Below, in pieces: positions 37,501 through 38,954 of a stretch of DNA of 38,954 nt (the first letter of the stretch is position 1; every line of letters begins with the position of its first letter). Below the pieces are notes generated by a model. That model was not told the origin of the DNA and did no database searches. It was given only the letters and a program-made list of their open reading frames with translations. The position numbers and the translations under genes are program-made. The DNA is taken from the sequence record MW876471; one strand, written 5' to 3'. The DNA comes from Escherichia phage P762.

Positions 37501-38471
37501 GCGATAGGAACGTAGGTCAGCGGGTCTACACCAGCACCAATCACACCAGCGGCTAACTGAGCGCCAGTCCCAGCCTTGGCCTTCTCTTGGTCCAACTTCT
37601 GGTTCTCCAGCGCCAAGTTGATCAGCTCTGTCAGATTCTGAGGAGAACCGCCAGTAATTACTCCGTAATACTGAGGCAGAACCCCAGAGTTACGAATCTG
37701 GTCAAGCTCTTCACGAGTCCACTTATGGTTGTTCCATCTGGTTGGGTTGAACACGTCGCCAATGACATCGAGTGAGTCCTCTGTTTGCCCAGCGCGGATA
37801 GCCACGCCGACCATAGAGTTCTTCACTTCAGCTTCTGTAGCAGCACCAAAACCGAACCACGTAGAGCGGTCCTCTCGTTCCTGCATGGTCTCTCCAGTAG
37901 CCTTATAGAACATCTCACCGAACGATTCGTTGGGAGCTTCAGGTGCTTGACCCTCAATGTTCAGACCAGCAGCGGTCGGAAGGTTCTCACCCAGAGCTAC
38001 TTTAGGTTTAGACTTGAGTCCTTCCGTGAGTGCGTCAAATACGTTAGCGCTTACTGGTGGCGTCTTTGGGCTGATACCGTTGAGTGCTCTTGCGACTCCC
38101 TGCTGATAGACTTCAGGGTTGTACCGGGAGCCTGTCTCGTGGAAGCTGATAGCTTGTGCCAGAGAAGACAGGGTGTCCGGGTCCGAGAGGTCTAGACTCT
38201 GGGTAGCTGGGATACCAGTCGCAGCCACCACTGAGTCAATATAAGCCTGAGTGTCATTCTCATTAGGAGGCGCCCATCGGTTGATGATCTTCTCGATGGA
38301 GTCATAACCTTGGCGACCGTAGGACAGCAGGTTTTTACCTAAAGCTCGGACGCCAGACTCTGGACTATCGAAAATGACAAATGCGCCATCATCTCCAGTC
38401 ATTCCTTCCCATTGGTCCTTACTTACCCGGATGTTCCCCGGATTGTTATTGCGAATACCACGAGTCGCCAT
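34584..38471 (-). CDS. gp16: internal virion (core/ejection) protein gp16
   Basis: ~1295 aa from ATG at ~38471 (AAGGAG SD) rather than the TTG track start; collinear with T7 gp16 from about residue 200 (TRWN..W, VVTGGSP.NL, GAGVDPL.YVP, RLEARETARN, RSPTGMQSGASGK, ENPAMFG, GTYVPHVY...); N-terminal ~200 aa differ from T7. Confidence 0.9.
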   Translation of the reverse strand: MATRGIRNNNPGNIRVSKDQWEGMTGDDGAFVIFDSPESGVRALGKNLLSYGRQGYDSIEKIINRWAPPNENDTQAYIDSVVAATGIPATQSLDLSDPDTLSSLAQAISFHETGSRYNPEVYQQGVARALNGISPKTPPVSANVFDALTEGLKSKPKVALGENLPTAAGLNIEGQAPEAPNESFGEMFYKATGETMQEREDRSTWFGFGAATEAEVKNSMVGVAIRAGQTEDSLDVIGDVFNPTRWNNHKWTREELDQIRNSGVLPQYYGVITGGSPQNLTELINLALENQKLDQEKAKAGTGAQLAAGVIGAGVDPLTYVPIAGQVGKGGKLVNKMFTVAAQSGALAGVSEMARTSVAGGDAHVAEAILGGALFGGGMTAIADGLGRALGRNTNEFAGPATRLEARETARNVDGQDLSRLPIQEGEQTFSHQGVKFADVPNEPGSVRLEDGSILIGENPLNPKTRQVFDEVIEPERAAAGVNLGGLTEIGLKLLRSENPEIRGVAADLVRSPTGMQSGASGKIGTTASDVFERLRAVDHRFYNDIDDAVTEALKDPYFQTAFWRDSGAFRQDIYQRVSMAIEDGSGNLKAELTPGELKVYDLLKNQFDAKREMMENPAMFGRPDAQSIFPGSRFKGTYVPHVYSKQMKELYIKELGSPEALQEAIKKSWLTSYASRPEVKKRVDEALLEADPTLTPEGLAAAVDKYANDKAYGISHTEQFERSSVMEENINGLVGLENNSFLEARNLFDSDMSIVLPNGQTFSVNNLREWDMDKIVPAYNRRVNGDIAIMAGTGKTTKDMKDLVETMMNKAGDDGKLKGEVSTLRDTLKILTGRARRDGADDAAFNTVLRTMTDLSFFAKNAYMGIQNLTEIGGMLARGNVRALLHGVPMFRDLAFRNKKVGASEIKDLHNVIFGKELDDSIRPSKQDVIDRLRSYSDLGRGTATALGTAKYYTGELAVRSPLTKVLNGTTNYLLDAGRQGFLSDIVEHSLTGSKRRFDDRWLKTAGISDEQWKGIKSLIRESVTRGPDGKYTIKDKKAFSQDPRAMDLWRMGDTIADETLLRPHKLSNMDAKAYSPLAKTVLQFKNFVIKSINGRTMRTFYNATKNNRAMDAALSTVMSMGLAGIYYMAQAHIKAYAMQDGRDREYLKQALNPTMIGYAALSRSSHLGGPLGVANILGGIAGYEDTKMLRSSILPRSPTEKPERAITYGAATSDPVMNVVGNFLEQVPAFGYAANVGASAYNLAGYLKADTRVNERDYMTGMYNTFRELVPNDPITQKLLLGTFEEQGIHIKD

Positions 38472-38475
38472 TATG

Positions 38476-38954
38476 TTACTCCTTACCAATTAGTGCGTTT
38501 GCGATACCCTCCAGTGAGACGTCATTGTACATCCCACCGCGCTTCTCGATATTGGCCTCTCGGTCAGCTCGACGTTTATCACCAGCAGCTTTAGTCCCGA
38601 CGATACGCGCTCGCTTGTTAGCGTCACGTTCTGCCTGAGCGTATGCGGCATCTTGTGCCTTCTGCTGTTGTTCGCGGTAGAGTTTACCTACAATTTCTTT
38701 ATCGTATCGAATACGAATAGTCCCTGTAGCGTCTTGGAGGAAGATAGAGCCGTTCTGTTCAACAACGGACAACTGAGAGTTCACTACCCAAGGGTTAGCC
38801 TTAATGAGTTGCTGACGAGCTGTGTCGATAATGTCTCGACCAACCTGCCACGACTCTGGGTTATCCCCGACCATAAGCTGGTGTTTGGACACCATGCCTA
38901 TGGACTTACCGTCAGAACCTTCAGACTGGAACGTTACGGTGTTCTCATTCAGCC
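38476..38954 (-). CDS. gp15: internal virion protein gp15, 3' part (same CDS as 1..1931)
   Basis: C-terminal translation ..SWQVGRDII..ANPWVVN.QL...GSIFL.DATG.IRIRYDKE matches the T7 gp15 C-terminus; upstream part lies beyond the window end. Confidence 0.85.
   Translation of the reverse strand, partial: LNENTVTFQSEGSDGKSIGMVSKHQLMVGDNPESWQVGRDIIDTARQQLIKANPWVVNSQLSVVEQNGSIFLQDATGTIRIRYDKEIVGKLYREQQQKAQDAAYAQAERDANKRARIVGTKAAGDKRRADREANIEKRGGMYNDVSLEGIANALIGKE
38828..38954. repeat. 127-bp exact duplicate of window positions 1..127 (circular-assembly overlap)
   Basis: end sequence ataatgtctcgaccaacctgccacgactctggg...ttctcattcagcc is identical to the first 127 bases; lies inside the gp15 coding sequence. 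Confidence 0.9.

Noticed and set aside
35019-38195. Several 60-136-aa ORFs on both strands inside gp16
   Set aside because: Nested in a 1295-aa CDS collinear with T7 gp16; no SD sequences; typical spurious ORFs of a long gene
38828-38954. End duplication as the biological terminal repeat
   Set aside because: It lies inside the gp15 reading frame; the genuine terminal-repeat homologue is at about 27870..28058

Overview
The window is essentially one complete T7-like podophage genome (Autographiviridae/Studiervirinae-type), reverse-complemented so that every credible gene is on the minus strand. The T7 gene order is conserved from high to low coordinates: physical genome end and terminal-repeat region (~27.8-28.3 kb), host-type early promoters, ocr (0.3), small early ORFs, single-subunit RNAP (gene 1), 1.1/1.2, DNA ligase, 1.6/1.7, gp2, SSB, endonuclease I, lysozyme, primase-helicase, DNA polymerase, 5.5/5.7, exonuclease, 6.5/6.7/7/7.3, portal, scaffold, capsid (10A, with -1 frameshift 10B), tail tubular A/B, internal core proteins 13-16, tail fibre/spike (17), holin, small terminase, Rz/Rz1, large terminase, 19.5. 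The assembly is circularly permuted: the window opens inside gene 15 and its first 127 bp are repeated at its end. Eleven copies of a phage-RNAP promoter (consensus about TAAACTATCACTATAGGGA, distinct from T7/T3/SP6/K11) sit in the expected intergenic positions, with T-phi- and TE-like terminators and RNase III-like hairpins at conserved sites. No tRNA, CRISPR array, integrase or recognisable defence system was seen; I could not identify a specific named novel system. The candidates for something undescribed are orphan genes with no T7 counterpart: a 263-aa gene between Rz and large terminase, a 156-aa gene between endonuclease I and lysozyme, 159-aa and 71-aa genes after the RNAP gene, a 130-aa protein plus small membrane peptides where T7 has the 0.7 kinase, and a DUF3850/ASCH-like gene between tail tubular genes 11 and 12. 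All homology statements are from memory of T7 proteins and reading the translations, not database searches. Coordinates of features not in the ORF track are approximate (about 1-2 bp).
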